DNA of 62,851 bases, the filler included, from Octopus bimaculoides (lineage: Eukaryota), in assembly GCF_001194135.2 (NCBI RefSeq). It is 7 parts of 6 records of this genome, joined end to end, with 100 filler letters (N's around TTAATTAATTAA, not from the genome) between each part and the next. Parts side by side here need not be neighbours in the genome. Positions count along the whole stretch, not along the records: positions 29,436 to 48,312 come from NC_069004.1; positions 48,413 to 53,795 come from NW_026423552.1; 5 more parts are not named here. One strand, given 5' to 3'. Of this stretch, positions 39,697-52,100 are shown one piece after another. Numbering within the stretch: the stretch's first letter is position 1; the number at the start of each line of letters is the position of its first letter. The translations under genes were made by a program, and so were the position numbers. Below the pieces are notes generated by a model. The model had not been told where the DNA came from, made no database searches, and saw only the letters and a program-made list of their open reading frames with translations.

Positions 39697-41309
39697 TATT
39701 ATATTTCTAATTATAACTTCGTTACATTTCTTTCTAACATGTAAATCTTTGTAATTTCTATTAGCAAATGAAACACGTGTAATGGGAGAATAAAAAATAC
39801 CAAACATTTTCCACTTGCCTNNNNNNNNNNNNNNNNNNNNNNNNNNNNNNNNNNNNNNNNNNNNNNNNNNNNNNNNNNNNNNNNNNNNNNNNNNNNNNNN
39901 NNNNNNNNNNNNNNNNNNNNNNNNNNNNNNNNNNNNNNNNNNNNNNNNNNNNNNNNNNNNNNNNNNNNNNNNNNNNNNNNNNNNNNNNNNNNNNNNNNNN
40001 NNNNNNNNNNNNNNNNNNNNNNNNNNNNNNNNNNNNNNNNNNNNNNNNNNNNNNNNNNNNNNNNNNNNNNNNNNNNNNNNNNNNNNNNNNNNNNNNNNNN
40101 NNNNNNNNNNNNNNNNNNNNNNNNNNNNNNNNNNNNNNNNNNNNNNNNNNNNNNNNNNNNNNNNNNNNNNNNNNNNNNNNNNNNNNNNNNNNNNNNNNNN
40201 NNNNNNNNNNNNNNNNNNNNNNNNNNNNNNNNNNNNNNNNNNNNNNNNNNNNNNNNNNNNNNNNNNNNNNNNNNNNNNNNNNNNNNNNNNNNNNNNNNNN
40301 NNNNNNNNNNNNNNNNNNNNNNNNNNNNNNNNNNNNNNNNNNNNNNNNNNNNNNNNNNNNNNNNNNNNNNNNNNNNNNNNNNNNNNNNNNNNNNNNNNNN
40401 NNNNNNNNNNNNNNNNNNNNNNNNNNNNNNNNNNNNNNNNNNNNNNNNNNNNNNNNNNNNNNNNNNNNNNNNNNNNNNNNNNNNNNNNNNNNNNNNNNNN
40501 NNNNNNNNNNATAATTTGGCACAATTTCTTCAAAATATTCCACCAATAAATGCAATAAACATGAAAGATCAAAGAACGTTAAAACGAATAACTTTGTTTT
40601 CTTTTTATTACTACCATTATTTGGTTCCATTCAAAATTTACCAAAACTAAATGAAGCAAAAATCAGAAAAATCTACCAATAAAGCAATTTTAAACAAAAT
40701 CTATGCCGTGTGTAGTTAATTAGCCATCCGTATGAGCTTGTCTAAATTCATAAACACTGCTATGGAGAAAGTTGAAAATGTTTATACTTCAGAATTGGTA
40801 TATTAATCACTTTTTTTTTGTTTGTTTTCATTAATATGGCTAAAAAAAATAATAATACAAATAGTTATTAAATGCCTTTTATCTCTTGCTTGTTTCAGTC
40901 ACTGGACTGCGACCATGCTGAAGCAGTGCTTTGGAGGGTTTTAGTCGAAGACTAAAAATCAAATTATAAATCTGGAATTTATTCAGTCTTGTTTGCCGAA
41001 GAGCTAAGTTTACATTGACGTAAACAAACCAACAGCGGCTGTCAAGCGGTAGCGGAAGAGAAGCACAAACATAGGCACGCATATACACATACACATACAT
41101 ACACACACACATACGTAAGGTTGCGTGTTCAGTCCCACTGCGTGACACCTCGGACAAGTGCCTTCTGCTGTAGCCTTGGGTTGACCAAAGCCTAGTGAAT
41201 GGATTTGGTAGCCGGAAACTGAAAGAAGGGACTGAATCGAAGAGCATTTGGTTGAGAAGCAAGTTACTTATTACAAATTTGGAGAATATTTATTGATTGA
41301 TTTAGGTGT

Positions 41310-41470
41310 GGACATGGCTGTGCAGTTAATAAATTCGTTTTCCAACCACGTGGTTTCAAGATCTGTTCCACTGCGCGGCAACACAATGGGGAAATGTTTT
41401 CTACTATATTACCGGACCGAGAAATGTTTTGTGAGTGGATTTGGGAGATAGAAGCTGTGTAGAAGCCCGT
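41310..41470 (+). mobile_element. tRNA-derived SINE head family (copies: 23988-24140 +, 36915-37040 +, 37435-37555 +, 41115-41230 +, 45220-45400 +, 30597-30758 -, 10425-10585 -, 12585-12690 -, 54725-54860 -)
   Basis: Shared gctgtgtgg..aag...ggttc(a)gtcccactgcg...ggcaagtg.cttct...ccgaccaaagccttgtgagtggatttggtag..ggaaactg, with A-box/B-box-like (GGTTC) motifs. Confidence 0.8.
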
Positions 41471-41540
41471 CACATGCAATGTGCGTGTGTATGTGTGTGT
41501 GTGTGTGACTGTATGTATATGTATGGTTGTGAATGTGCGT

Positions 41541-41890
41541 ACAAAGACGACAGCGACAACAACAACAGTGACAACGACCACAGCTACAACTATCACGGTG
41601 ACAAGGATCATAGCAACAACAAACACGGCAACAACGACCCCAGTGACAAAGACAACGACCACAGCTACAACGACCACAGCTACAACGACCACAGTGACAA
41701 CGACCACAGTGACAAAGACAATGACCACAGCTACAACGACCACAGTGACAAAGACAACGACCACGGCGACAACGACCACAACAACAACCACGGCTTCAAT
41801 AACAACAAAGACAACGACCACAACGACAACGACTACGGCGACAATAACCACGGCAACAACGACGATTACGGCGATGACAACGATAACCAT
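41541..41890. repeat. Triplet-derived minisatellite (15-21-bp units such as gacaacgaccacagt / tacaacgaccacagc / gacaaagacaacgaccac)
   Basis: Direct repeats seen; stop-free in two plus frames (Thr-rich; DNDHS-rich) and one minus frame (Val-rich). Confidence 0.85.
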
Positions 41891-42189
41891 TATCATTATA
41901 ATATCAAGAGGAACTCAGTATCAATTTTTTAAATTTTTTTCTATTGTTCTATGAAACATTATCATTTTTTTTTTCATTTTTAAAAGAACAAATTAAAATT
42001 TTCAGATGGTTTTCATTTTAATTTTATTATTTATTATTTTTATGACTATCAATTATTTTTTATTTTTATTTTTTCTTCCTTTTCTTTCTTTTTTTTTTTT
42101 AGTTTTGGAATACGTTAATCTTTTCCTTGGTTGTTTCTTCTCTGGAAAAGAAACATTATCATTCACATGTGTCTTTGACATAGACAGAC

Positions 42190-42234
<45 letters not shown>

Positions 42235-43251
42235 AACAGACAGAAACAGACAGTCAGACATACAGAGAGTGAGAGAGAGAGAGAGTGAGAGAGAGAGAGT
42301 GAGAAAGAGAGAGAGTGAGAGAGAGAGAGTGAGAGAGAGAGAGTGAGAGAGAGAGAGTGAGAGAGAGAGAGTGAGAGAGAGAGAGTGAGAGAGAGAGAGT
42401 GAGAGAGAGAGAGTGAGAGAGACAGAGAGACAGACAAACAGACAGACATGGGGAGGGATAAAGATTCACGAGAGAAAGCGAAAGACATGTTAAATAAGGA
42501 CCAATTATGGTGTCTTTAAAGTCTCCTTGACCCTAATATTAATTAATTAACCCGCTTACTTATTTTGTAATTTTATCAATATAATCTTTTTCCATTAAGT
42601 TTCATTCCTTTTCTTCATAGAAATGCCATACATGCATACATACATTCATACATACATTTATACATTCATAAATGTATATATAGATACGTGCATACATCTA
42701 TACATACATTCATATATACACGTATACATTCATACATACATACAAACAAATATAATTGTATGTGTGTGGGGTGGGGTTCAAATGTATGTATATGGGTAAG
42801 ATATATATATATCTAACAATTTGGCGCTGCGCAATTTTTTTGGCAATGTGTAATATCGTTTAATATTGAAATGATGCAAGGAATGTCTAGAATGAAGTGC
42901 AAGCCATATTGTTCCAGGTTTTTCCGGTCCTTCTTGCCAAACAAAGAACCAACGAAACAAAACATTGGTACAACCATGTAGGCAGCACCGTACTATTCTA
43001 TTGGGAAGTATCCAACTCTATGCTGTCCAAATATGATTCTTATTTCTAAAACTCTCCATTTTTGGTTCGCTATCAAACAATAACGGGCAACACATGATGC
43101 GTCACGCTTCTCGTATCGCTTCGCCAGAATGGAACCCAATTGAGAAAGAATTAGCAAATTAAGGCAAAGCAAATTTGATCTAAATTCGAGTGGAATTGTA
43201 TATTTGCCGATATATGTGTGCGTGTATATATATATATATATCCATATATAC

Positions 43252-43285
<34 letters not shown>

Positions 43286-43375
43286 GGGAGAATATACAAA
43301 AAATAACAACAGACGAGGACAGGTGGTGTAAATAACAAAAGTATATATTAGTATGACGCTCGGGAATACGGAAAG

Positions 43376-43412
43376 TCTTTGACGTTTCGAGCTACGCTCT
43401 TCAACAGAAAGA
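43376..43412 (-). ncRNA. Minimal type I hammerhead-like motif, A6U core variant, in a Penelope-type repeat (~43265-43470)
   Basis: Minus strand TCTTT-CTGTTGA-A-GAGC-GTA-GCTC-GAAA-CG-TC|AAAGA: perfect 5-bp stem I, perfect 4-bp stem II, ACGU stem III, GUC triplet. The core deviates at the normally invariant A6. Confidence 0.5.
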
Positions 43413-43653
43413 ATACGGAGACAAGGAGAAAAACACGGAGAAAAAAAATTGAATAGTGTTCAGTCAACGGTATGCATTTATATATATATATGTCTTATTT
43501 ATATTATTATATAATTGAACGCGATGTATCCATTTCNNNNNNNNNNNNNNNNNNNNNNNNNNNNNNNNNNNNNNNNNNNNNNNNNNNNNNNNNNNNNNNN
43601 NNNNNNNNNNNNNNNNNNNNNNNNNNNNNNNNNNNNNNNNNNNNTATATATAT

Positions 43654-44122
43654 AAGTAAAAAGTTCGTTGTAGGTGTGTATGTTATAAAATCTTATAAAA
43701 CACTATAAACAATTATAAAAATGGAGAAGCGATGTTAAAAGACTCGAATATACATTGACATGTCCTTATTTTCATTTCTCTTCCGTTTTCTTTTTTACAA
43801 GTTATTTCTAAATATCCGGTCAGATTATCCGTATTACCCCATTTGTTTTTTCCTTCTTGATTTTTTTTTTTTTGCTAATAATTTCTTTTATGTTTTTCTT
43901 TAAATTCTTTACACTGACGAGAATGCCAATACATAACTGTAATTATTATTATTATTATTGTTGTTGTTTTTTTTCTTACATATTTGTATTGCCTTTTGAA
44001 ACGTTCGTATGTAGATATTAAATTATATTTTGAACTTTTAACATCTCTTCTCCCTTTTTATAATTGTTTATAGTGTTTTATAAGATTTTATCTTATACAT
44101 ACCTATAACGAACTTTTTACTT
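43654..44122. repeat. ~100-bp inverted repeat pair with a ~270-bp spacer
   Basis: 43654-43752 (aagtaaaaagttcgttgtagg...ataaaacactataaacaattataaaaatggagaag...) matches the reverse complement of 44024-44122. Confidence 0.8.
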
Positions 44123-45462
44123 GCTATTTTCATATTTTAATTGCTTGCTCTAGCAGGCTATTTTTCTATACAATGAATATTTATTAGAAATGTTTTATCT
44201 TCTTGGACTCCTCAAAAAGTTTGAATTGTTCTACTTGAACTTATATATACGTATATAAATATATATATATATATATATATACATACATACAAGTATAAGT
44301 ATATGCACCATAAATAGACAGACAGACAGACAGACAGACAAATACTTTGAGAAATACATAGCGTGAAAGGGAAGGAGAAATGAATAGATAGATCTATATA
44401 TACATACATATATACATACATACAGGCATACATACATGCACACGAATATATACATAAAGGCATGCATACTCACCCATACCTACACATACATATATACAAA
44501 CATACATACATACAAATACACACACGCTCACATCCATCCATTCATCCATACATACATATATACATTCAATCAAAATATCCTTAGAAAATTTGTTTTGAGC
44601 AAGAATACAAATAAAGAATAAGACACTTGCATTGTTTGTTTTTGTGTTCATTTTGTTTGTAATAAACATCGTTCATTTTCTCTTCGTGCATTATATGTCT
44701 CTAAGAAAACTCAGAAATGTAATTACTCTGCGTTTCCTAGTTTGGAATTTGTCAGCGCCGAGTAACTTCCCTGCGACAATCATCCGTCGCAAATATATAA
44801 TATTATAGTGGGAATATTTTGTATTTTCCACTCCAGTACATCGTATCTCCCTCTTAGGCACTTTCCCATAAAGCTCTGCTTTCGTTTATTTGTGGCTATA
44901 TGAAAAAGAGACCGTACAGAGAAAGAGAGAAGGAGGACATCTTGGATTTGAATACATGTCTTTTCGAAATGAAAGATAATATACAAAAGAGACAGTGAGG
45001 AAAACGGTACGTCAGAAACTATTGCTCTTAGCCTGTGTAAAATTTCAAGAAAATAACAAAATTAAATGCTTGATATCAGCACATGATTATTTTCTGTGTT
45101 ATAGTGAAATATTTCTTATCAGATATTGAGATTATCACCAAGCTGGCGCCATGTTTATTTTCATCTAATATGGGAGACAGTCAACAGACTTGTTCGTTGT
45201 TGTAACTATTTAATCAATGCACAGCCATGGTCGGGCAAATATATGATGATAGATTTAAGAAAGTCGCTTTGCGAACTCGTGGATTCGGGTTCAGTCTCAC
45301 TGTGCAGCGTCATCTTAGGTAAGTGCATTTTACTGTGGCCACAAGCCGACCAAAGCCTTGAGTGGATTTGGTAGAGAGAAACTGTCTGGAAGCCCAGCGT
45401 ATAAATGTGTGCGTGTGTGTGTGTGTACACACTATATGTATAGATAGATAGATCGATCGATC

Positions 45463-45542
<80 letters not shown>

Positions 45543-45872
45543 TGCATATATATATATACATATATGTACATACTTACATATATATGTATATACATATGCA
45601 TATATGGGCACAGGACGTTACAGAACGTAAACAACATGAAATACGAAATACGAGAACAGGGAATATTAACTTCTTTTGCGAACAACGAAAGAAACAAATG
45701 GAAAACAAGACAAGCAACTTGAAAAAACGATCCTTCATCAGTTCTCGGTTATTTTTCTACTCCGTATTTCGAGCAATTCACGACAAGATACGTCTTCGAC
45801 AAAACAGTTGCTCCCGCAAAGCAAATTAAGTTAGTTTATTTTACTATCCTCGATAGATCCTCACTTCGATAA

Positions 45873-46358
45873 ATCATATATAGAATAAGAATTAAGTTTA
45901 ATAAGTCAAATATCAAATCAGATTTAAATAGAAGTTTTAATATTGCAGACCTAAAATCTAGTACTATAAACAAATCTACTTATAACAAATGTTGTAATGG
46001 AGATTTAAAATCAAATATTCAAGTTGATAAAATAACAAGAGTAGGTGATTTTGATAGTGAGAATGAAAAGGTGAACAATTATATTCATAACAAAAGGAAA
46101 AATCGTAAGATTGTTGATAACCGGGTTAAAAATTCTCGTACTGCTAATGGAAATGAGGATATAGTATTCTCTAAAAAAATCTCAAATTCTTTTAATATAA
46201 AATCGGTTAAAAGATTTAAAGATAAAAATGAAAGAAAAATAAACGCTCACTTTAAAATGGATCGAAATCAGAGAATACTTCCTCCTTCGAAAAACGGGTA
46301 TAAACATCAAAATTATGATCTTAACTCGAAGAATACTTTATGGTTGAAAATCCAATGA
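45873..46358 (+). other. 486-nt stop-free Lys/Asn-rich frame in very AT-rich DNA, possibly an ORF remnant of a Penelope-like element
   Basis: 161 open codons (IIYRIRIKFNKSNIKSDLNRSFNIADLKSS...RILPPSKNGYKHQNYDLNSKNTLWLKIQ*), no early ATG, flanked by repeat-like segments at 45610-45830 and 46358-46435. No domain recognised. Confidence 0.3.
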
Positions 46359-47805
46359 AGGTGCTTTGGATCTAGGTTAGAAACTGGCTCTTTCTCTATT
46401 GGCAAGAAATCTTGAAATAAAACCGAATAATGACATGCATACATACATGCATACATACATACATACATATATGTATATATTCTTATTCTGCTTGAGTTAG
46501 GGTTGACATACGTATCTACTCGCTACATATGTTCCGTCTATATTCGACAACGATTCATTCATCCATCCATTCATTGAACGACCGCAATTATAGTTTCTTT
46601 TTGAATATATTAATGCAAATTGCACGTCAAAATGCTGTTATTCCAACACCTAACTAACAAGTCTCTTCCTCTTCCCACTCTCTCTCGCTATCTCTCTCTC
46701 TCTCTCGCTCTGTCTCTCTATCTATCTATCTGTCTCGTGTGAATTTCCATTATCCAATCTTCAACCGTCGTGTTTGTAAAGCACTTACTTCGTTCTCTGT
46801 TTTAATCATGCTAATCCTCAGTCGTGTTACTAATTCCGAGAACGAATGCCACAGTTGCGTGGTCACAATCGTTAATCCGATATCCCTTAAGGATTGCATC
46901 TGCAAATGTGACCTTATAAAATTTCCGGTACAGCACTTTAATCACATGCCATCTATTCCATGTTATTATCTTCGCTTATTCATATCAGCTGCAATACTTT
47001 TGGTGGGGTATCCATTAGATACGGGTGGACATACATATATATATATATATAAATACATACGTACATATTTATATATATACAATTATATATATATATANNN
47101 NNNNNNNNNNNNNNNNNNNNNNNNNNNNNNNNNNNNNNNNNNNNNNNNNNNNNNNNNNNNNNNNNNNNNNNNNNNNNNNNNNNNNNNNNNNNNNNNNNNN
47201 NNNNNNNNNNNNNNNNNNNNNNNNNNNNNNNNNNNNNNNNNNNNNNNNNNNNNNNNNNNNNNNNNNNNNNNNNNNNNNNNNNNNNNNNNNNNNNNNNNNN
47301 NNNNNNNNNNNNNNNNNNNNNNNNNNNNNNNNNNNNNNNNNNNNNNNNNNNNNNNNNNNNNNNNNNNNNNNNNNNNNNNNNNNNNNNNNNNNNNNNNNNN
47401 NNNNNNNNNNNNNNNNNNNNNNNNNNNNNNNNNNNNNNNNNNNNNNNNNNNNNNNNNNNNNNNNNNNNNNNNNNNNNNNNNNNNNNNNNNNNNNNNNNNN
47501 NNNNNNNNNNNNNNNNNNNNNNNNNNNNNNNNNNNNNNNNNNNNNNNNNNNNNNNNNNNNNNNNNNNNNNNNNNNNNNNNNNNNNNNNNNNNNNNNNNNN
47601 NNNNNNNNNNNNNNNNNNNNNNNNNNNNNNNNNNNNNNNNNNNNNNNNNNNNNATATATATACATATATACATATATATATACATACATATATATACATA
47701 TATATATATTATATATATACAATATATATATATATAATATATATATATACATATGATATAATACACACATACATACATACATACATACATACATACATAC
47801 ATACA

Positions 47806-47843
<38 letters not shown>

Positions 47844-48429
47844 ATAATATATTACAATATAATATAATATATATCCATGTACAAGCATTGCATATCCAAT
47901 TCCGTTTCTCCAGTTTGTACCAACAATCACATATGTTATATGTATCATATAGATGTGCGCGGGATGTGTGTGTGTGTGTGTGTGCACGCGTGTGTGTACG
48001 TGAATATTTCATTTCTTAACAACTTTCCTGACTACTACTCAGTTTCGTAAGGGGGAAGACATACGTCTACATTCCGCAATGTCCGTACGTCTGAAGATGC
48101 AGTCACTTTTTCACGGCCATGAAACTTTCAGTAAACCTAGGCTGAGTCACCTTATCATCAAATACTTTTGCATCTCTAAATGTATTACGAGTGCTTGTTT
48201 CTTTTGTTTGTTAAGCTACCTGTGTATATGTATTCAAAACTGTACACATACATACATATGCTCACAGATAGACATATCAACACACACATATACATACATT
48301 TATTATATATATNNNNNNNNNNNNNNNNNNNNNNNNNNNNNNNNNNNNNNNNNNNNTTAATTAATTAANNNNNNNNNNNNNNNNNNNNNNNNNNNNNNNN
48401 NNNNNNNNNNNNAGTTACGTTTCTTTCCG

Positions 48430-49127
48430 ATGAGTTTAAAACCAATTCTGATCAACAAAATTCACACCAAATTTGCCATTGTGTTATGAATTGCTGTCCT
48501 CATCAAATGATCTTCTATTTGATGTTCGATACGGCCTACATGATCTGAATATTGTATCTCTGGAGATCTATGAAAATGATGAAATATCCGGCAAAGAGGT
48601 GTATCGATTTGTGAATGTATTGAAACTAGATCGAATTGGCGTACGGTGCCAGGGTTGCCATTGTGCTATGAAATGACCTCCCATTTGATGTTCTATATGA
48701 CCTATATGGTCGGGTCTGTCTGATAGGTGCGACTGATCCATCACAGGATGCCAAAAAAATATTTCCAAAGAAATAAGGTGATTCTCTCTGATTTGGTGGT
48801 ATTGAAAAATGTCGACTTAATCTGGGAGGAGTATTTTCACAGGCTGTCCAATAACGAGGAGATGGAGTGTTTAGTGAAATGAGCAAATATGGAGTTGTCA
48901 TCGAAGGTGTAGTTTCGATGGAAGTCCAGTAGCGTGAAGAGGCTGTTGTGCTAGGACATAGGGACCTTAGGGGAATGTCACTGTCCTCTGAAAATCGAGA
49001 TTTTTTACGTACTAGTCAAGTGGATGGTTACAATAGTGAATACTATGACATAGATGCTGTAACGGAACTGCTATGATCTGGCGATGATAAAATTTCGCAC
49101 TCCTCAAATGGTTTTCTATTTGATGTT
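48430..49127 (-). pseudogene. Decayed extra repeat units downstream of the stop of the repeat CDS (probable 3' UTR relic)
   Basis: Same modules recognisable (VRKKSRFSEDSDIPLRSLCPSTTASSRYWTS; ISLNTPSPRYWTACENTP; AQWQPWHRTP.RSSFNTFTNRYTSLPDISSFS) but interrupted by in-frame TAG/TAA/TGA and frameshifts. Confidence 0.7.
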
Positions 49128-52100
49128 TCATAAGACCAACATGCTCTCCTTGGAGTGAGAGGGGCAAGTTTTTTCACAACTGGAGGCCGAAGAAATAGTG
49201 TCAGACCATAAACGTAATTCTGACGTATCTGGTGTTATTGACAAATGTCGACTTGATCTTGAAGGAATATTTTCAGAGGCCGACCAATAACGAGAAGATG
49301 AAGTGTTTAGTGAAATGGGCAAATATAGAGGAGCCCCCGAAGGTGTAGCTTCGACGGCAGTCCAGTAACGTGAAGATGCTATTGTGCTAGGGGATAAGGA
49401 CCTTAGGGGAATGTCACTGTCCTTCGAAATTCTTGACTTTTCACGTAATGGTGAAGTGGAGAGATGTACTAGTGAATCTTCTGACATAGGTGGTATAACG
49501 GAACTGTTACGATCTGTCGCCGGCGAATCTTCGCGTTCTGGAAATATTTTAGGTNNNNNNNNNNNNNNNNNNNNNNNNNNNTGTGGTGACATGTGTCGCA
49601 GAACGGGATAGGAATCAACTTCCAGTGAATCGCTTGAAATAGGGTCTTCAACAGAACCAACACGAGCCGGCGAAATCGAAACGTGTCGATCTGTTAGTGG
49701 CTTTGAAGTCTTCCGCGGCGAAGGTGTTGTAGGTGGAAAGATTGTTCTTCTTACAGGTGACCGATATGATTGCACTGGGCTGGCTANNNNNNNNNNNNNN
49801 NNNNNNNNNNNNNNNNNNNNNNNNNNNNNNNNNNNNNNNNNNNNNNNNNNNNNNNNNNNNNNNNNNNNNNNNNNNNNNNNNNNNNNNNNNNNNNNNNNNN
49901 NNNNNNNNNNNNNNNNNNNNNNNNNNNNNNNNNNNNNNNNNNNNNNNNNNNNNNNNNNNNNNNNNNNNNNNNNNNNNNNNNNNNNNNNNNNNNNNNNNNN
50001 NNNNNNNNNNNNNNNNNNNNNNNNNNNNNNNNNNNNNNNNNNNNNNNNNNNNNNNNNNNNNNNNNNNNNNNNNNNNNNNNNNNNNNNNNNNNNNNNNNNN
50101 NNNNNNNNNNNNNNNNNNNNNNNNNNNNNNNNNNNNNNNNNNNNNNNNNNNNNNNNNNNNNNNNNNNNNNNNNNNNNNNNNNNNNNNNNNNNNNNNNNNN
50201 NNNNNNNNNNNNNNNNNNNNNNNNNNNNNNNNNNNNNNNNNNNNNNNNNNNNNNNNNNNNNNNNNNNNNNNNNNNNNNNNNNNNNNNTGTATGTCTGGAG
50301 ATCGATGGAATTGATGAAATGTTCGACAAAGGTGTGTATCGATCTTCGAATGCATTGATACGAGATCGACGTGGTGTACTGTGCCAGGGTTGCCATTGCA
50401 CTGTGAAATTGCGGTCCTCTTCAAATGACCTTCCATTTGTTGTTCTATATNNNNNNNNNNGAAATTGCGGTCCTCTTCAAATGACCTTCCATTTGTTGTT
50501 CTATATGACCAGTGTGGTCTCAATGTTGCATCTCTGGATTGCGATGGAATTGCTGAAATGTTCGACAAANNNNNNNNNNCAATGTTGCATCTCTGGATTG
50601 CGATGGAATTGCTGAAATGTTCGACAAAGACGAGTATCGATCTTCGAATGTATTGATACGGGATCGACGTGGTGTACTTTGCCAGGGTTGCCATTGCGCT
50701 GTGAAATTGAGGTCCACTTCAAATATCCTTCCATCTGTTGTTCCATATGACCTGTGTGGTCTCAATATTGAATCTCTTGATTGCGATAGAATTGATGAAA
50801 CGTCCGACAAAGGTGAGTATCGATCTTCGAATGCATTGATACGAGATCGACGTGGTGTAATGTGCCAGGGTTGCCATCGCGCTGTGAAATTCTCGTTTNN
50901 NNNNNNNNNNNNNNNNNNNNNNNNNNNNNNNNNNNNNNNNNNNNNNNNNNNNNNNNNNNNNNNNNNNNNNNNNNNTCACTGGAGATAGAAGAAATAGTGT
51001 CAGACCACAAACGTAATTCCGTCGTAGTTGAGCTTCTAGACAAATGTCGACTTGATCTTGTAGGAGAATTTTCACAGGCCGTCCAATAACGGGATAATGA
51101 AGTGTTTAATGAAATGGNNNNNNNNNNAGTTGCCCTCGAAGATGTAGTTTCAAATGCAGTCCAGTAGTGTGAAGAGTTTGTGGTGCTAGGGGATATTGAC
51201 CTTAAGGGAATGTGACTGTCCTTTGAAATTCGTGATTTTTCACGTAATGGTGAAGTGGAGGGATGTACCCGTGAATCTTCTGACATAGGTGGTATAACGT
51301 AAATATTACGATCTGTCGCCGGCGAATCTTCGTGTTCTGGAAATACTTTATNNNNNNNNNNNNNNNNNNNNNNNNNNNNNNNNNNNNNNNNNNNNNNNNN
51401 NNNNNNNNNNNNNNNNNNNNNNNNNNNNNNNNNNNNNNGGTCTTCAACAGAACCAACACGAGCCGGCGAAATCGAAATGTGTGAATGTGTTAGTGGCTTT
51501 GAAGTCTTCCGCGGCGAAGGTGTTGTAGGCGAAAAGATTGTTCTTCTTACAGGTGACCGATATGATTGCACTGGGCTGGCTANNNNNNNNNNNNNNNNNN
51601 NNNNNNNNNNNNNNNNNNNNNNNNNNNNNNNNNNNNNNNNNNNNNNNNNNNNNNNNNNNNNCTTGGTGTACTGTGCCAGGGTTGCCATTGAGCTATGAAA
51701 TTGCACTCCTCCTCAAATGACCTTCCATCTGATGTTCCATCTGAGCTATATGATCGGATCCGTCTGATAGCTGCGATTGATNNNNNNNNNNNNNNNNNNN
51801 NNNNNNNNNNAGAGCAATAAGGTGATTCTCTCTGATTTAGTGGTATTGTCAAATGTCGACATGAATCAACTTCCAGTGAATCGTTTGAAATAGGGTCTTC
51901 AACAGAACCAACNNNNNNNNNNAATCAACTTCCAGTGAATCGTTTGAAATAGGGTCTTCAACAGAACCAACAGGAGCCGGCGAAGTAGAAAGGCGTCCAT
52001 CTGTTAGTGGCTTTGAAGTCTTCCGCGGCGAAGGTGTTGTAGGTGAAAAGATTGTTCTTCTTANNNNNNNNNNGAAGTCTTCCGCGGCGAAGGTGTTGTA

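Noticed and set aside
9985-45400. tRNA-like GGTTC(A/G)A boxes
   Set aside because: They are heads of multi-copy SINEs without a complete cloverleaf; not called as tRNA genes.
46739-47040. ~100-codon Cys-containing open frame
   Set aside because: No proper start, acceptor or recognisable domain; it begins in a CT/CTAT tract.
48086-48140. CTGAAGA...GAAAC..GTA hammerhead-like string (similar partial strings at 22396-22465, 45735-45750, 20900-20905, 58110-58140)
   Set aside because: Stem I and/or stem II cannot be formed, or GAAA is missing.
5218-48368. Long ORFs in the track that run through X (N) stretches or read YIYI, HTHT, ERER, SLSL or CVCV
   Set aside because: Produced by gaps and dinucleotide microsatellites.
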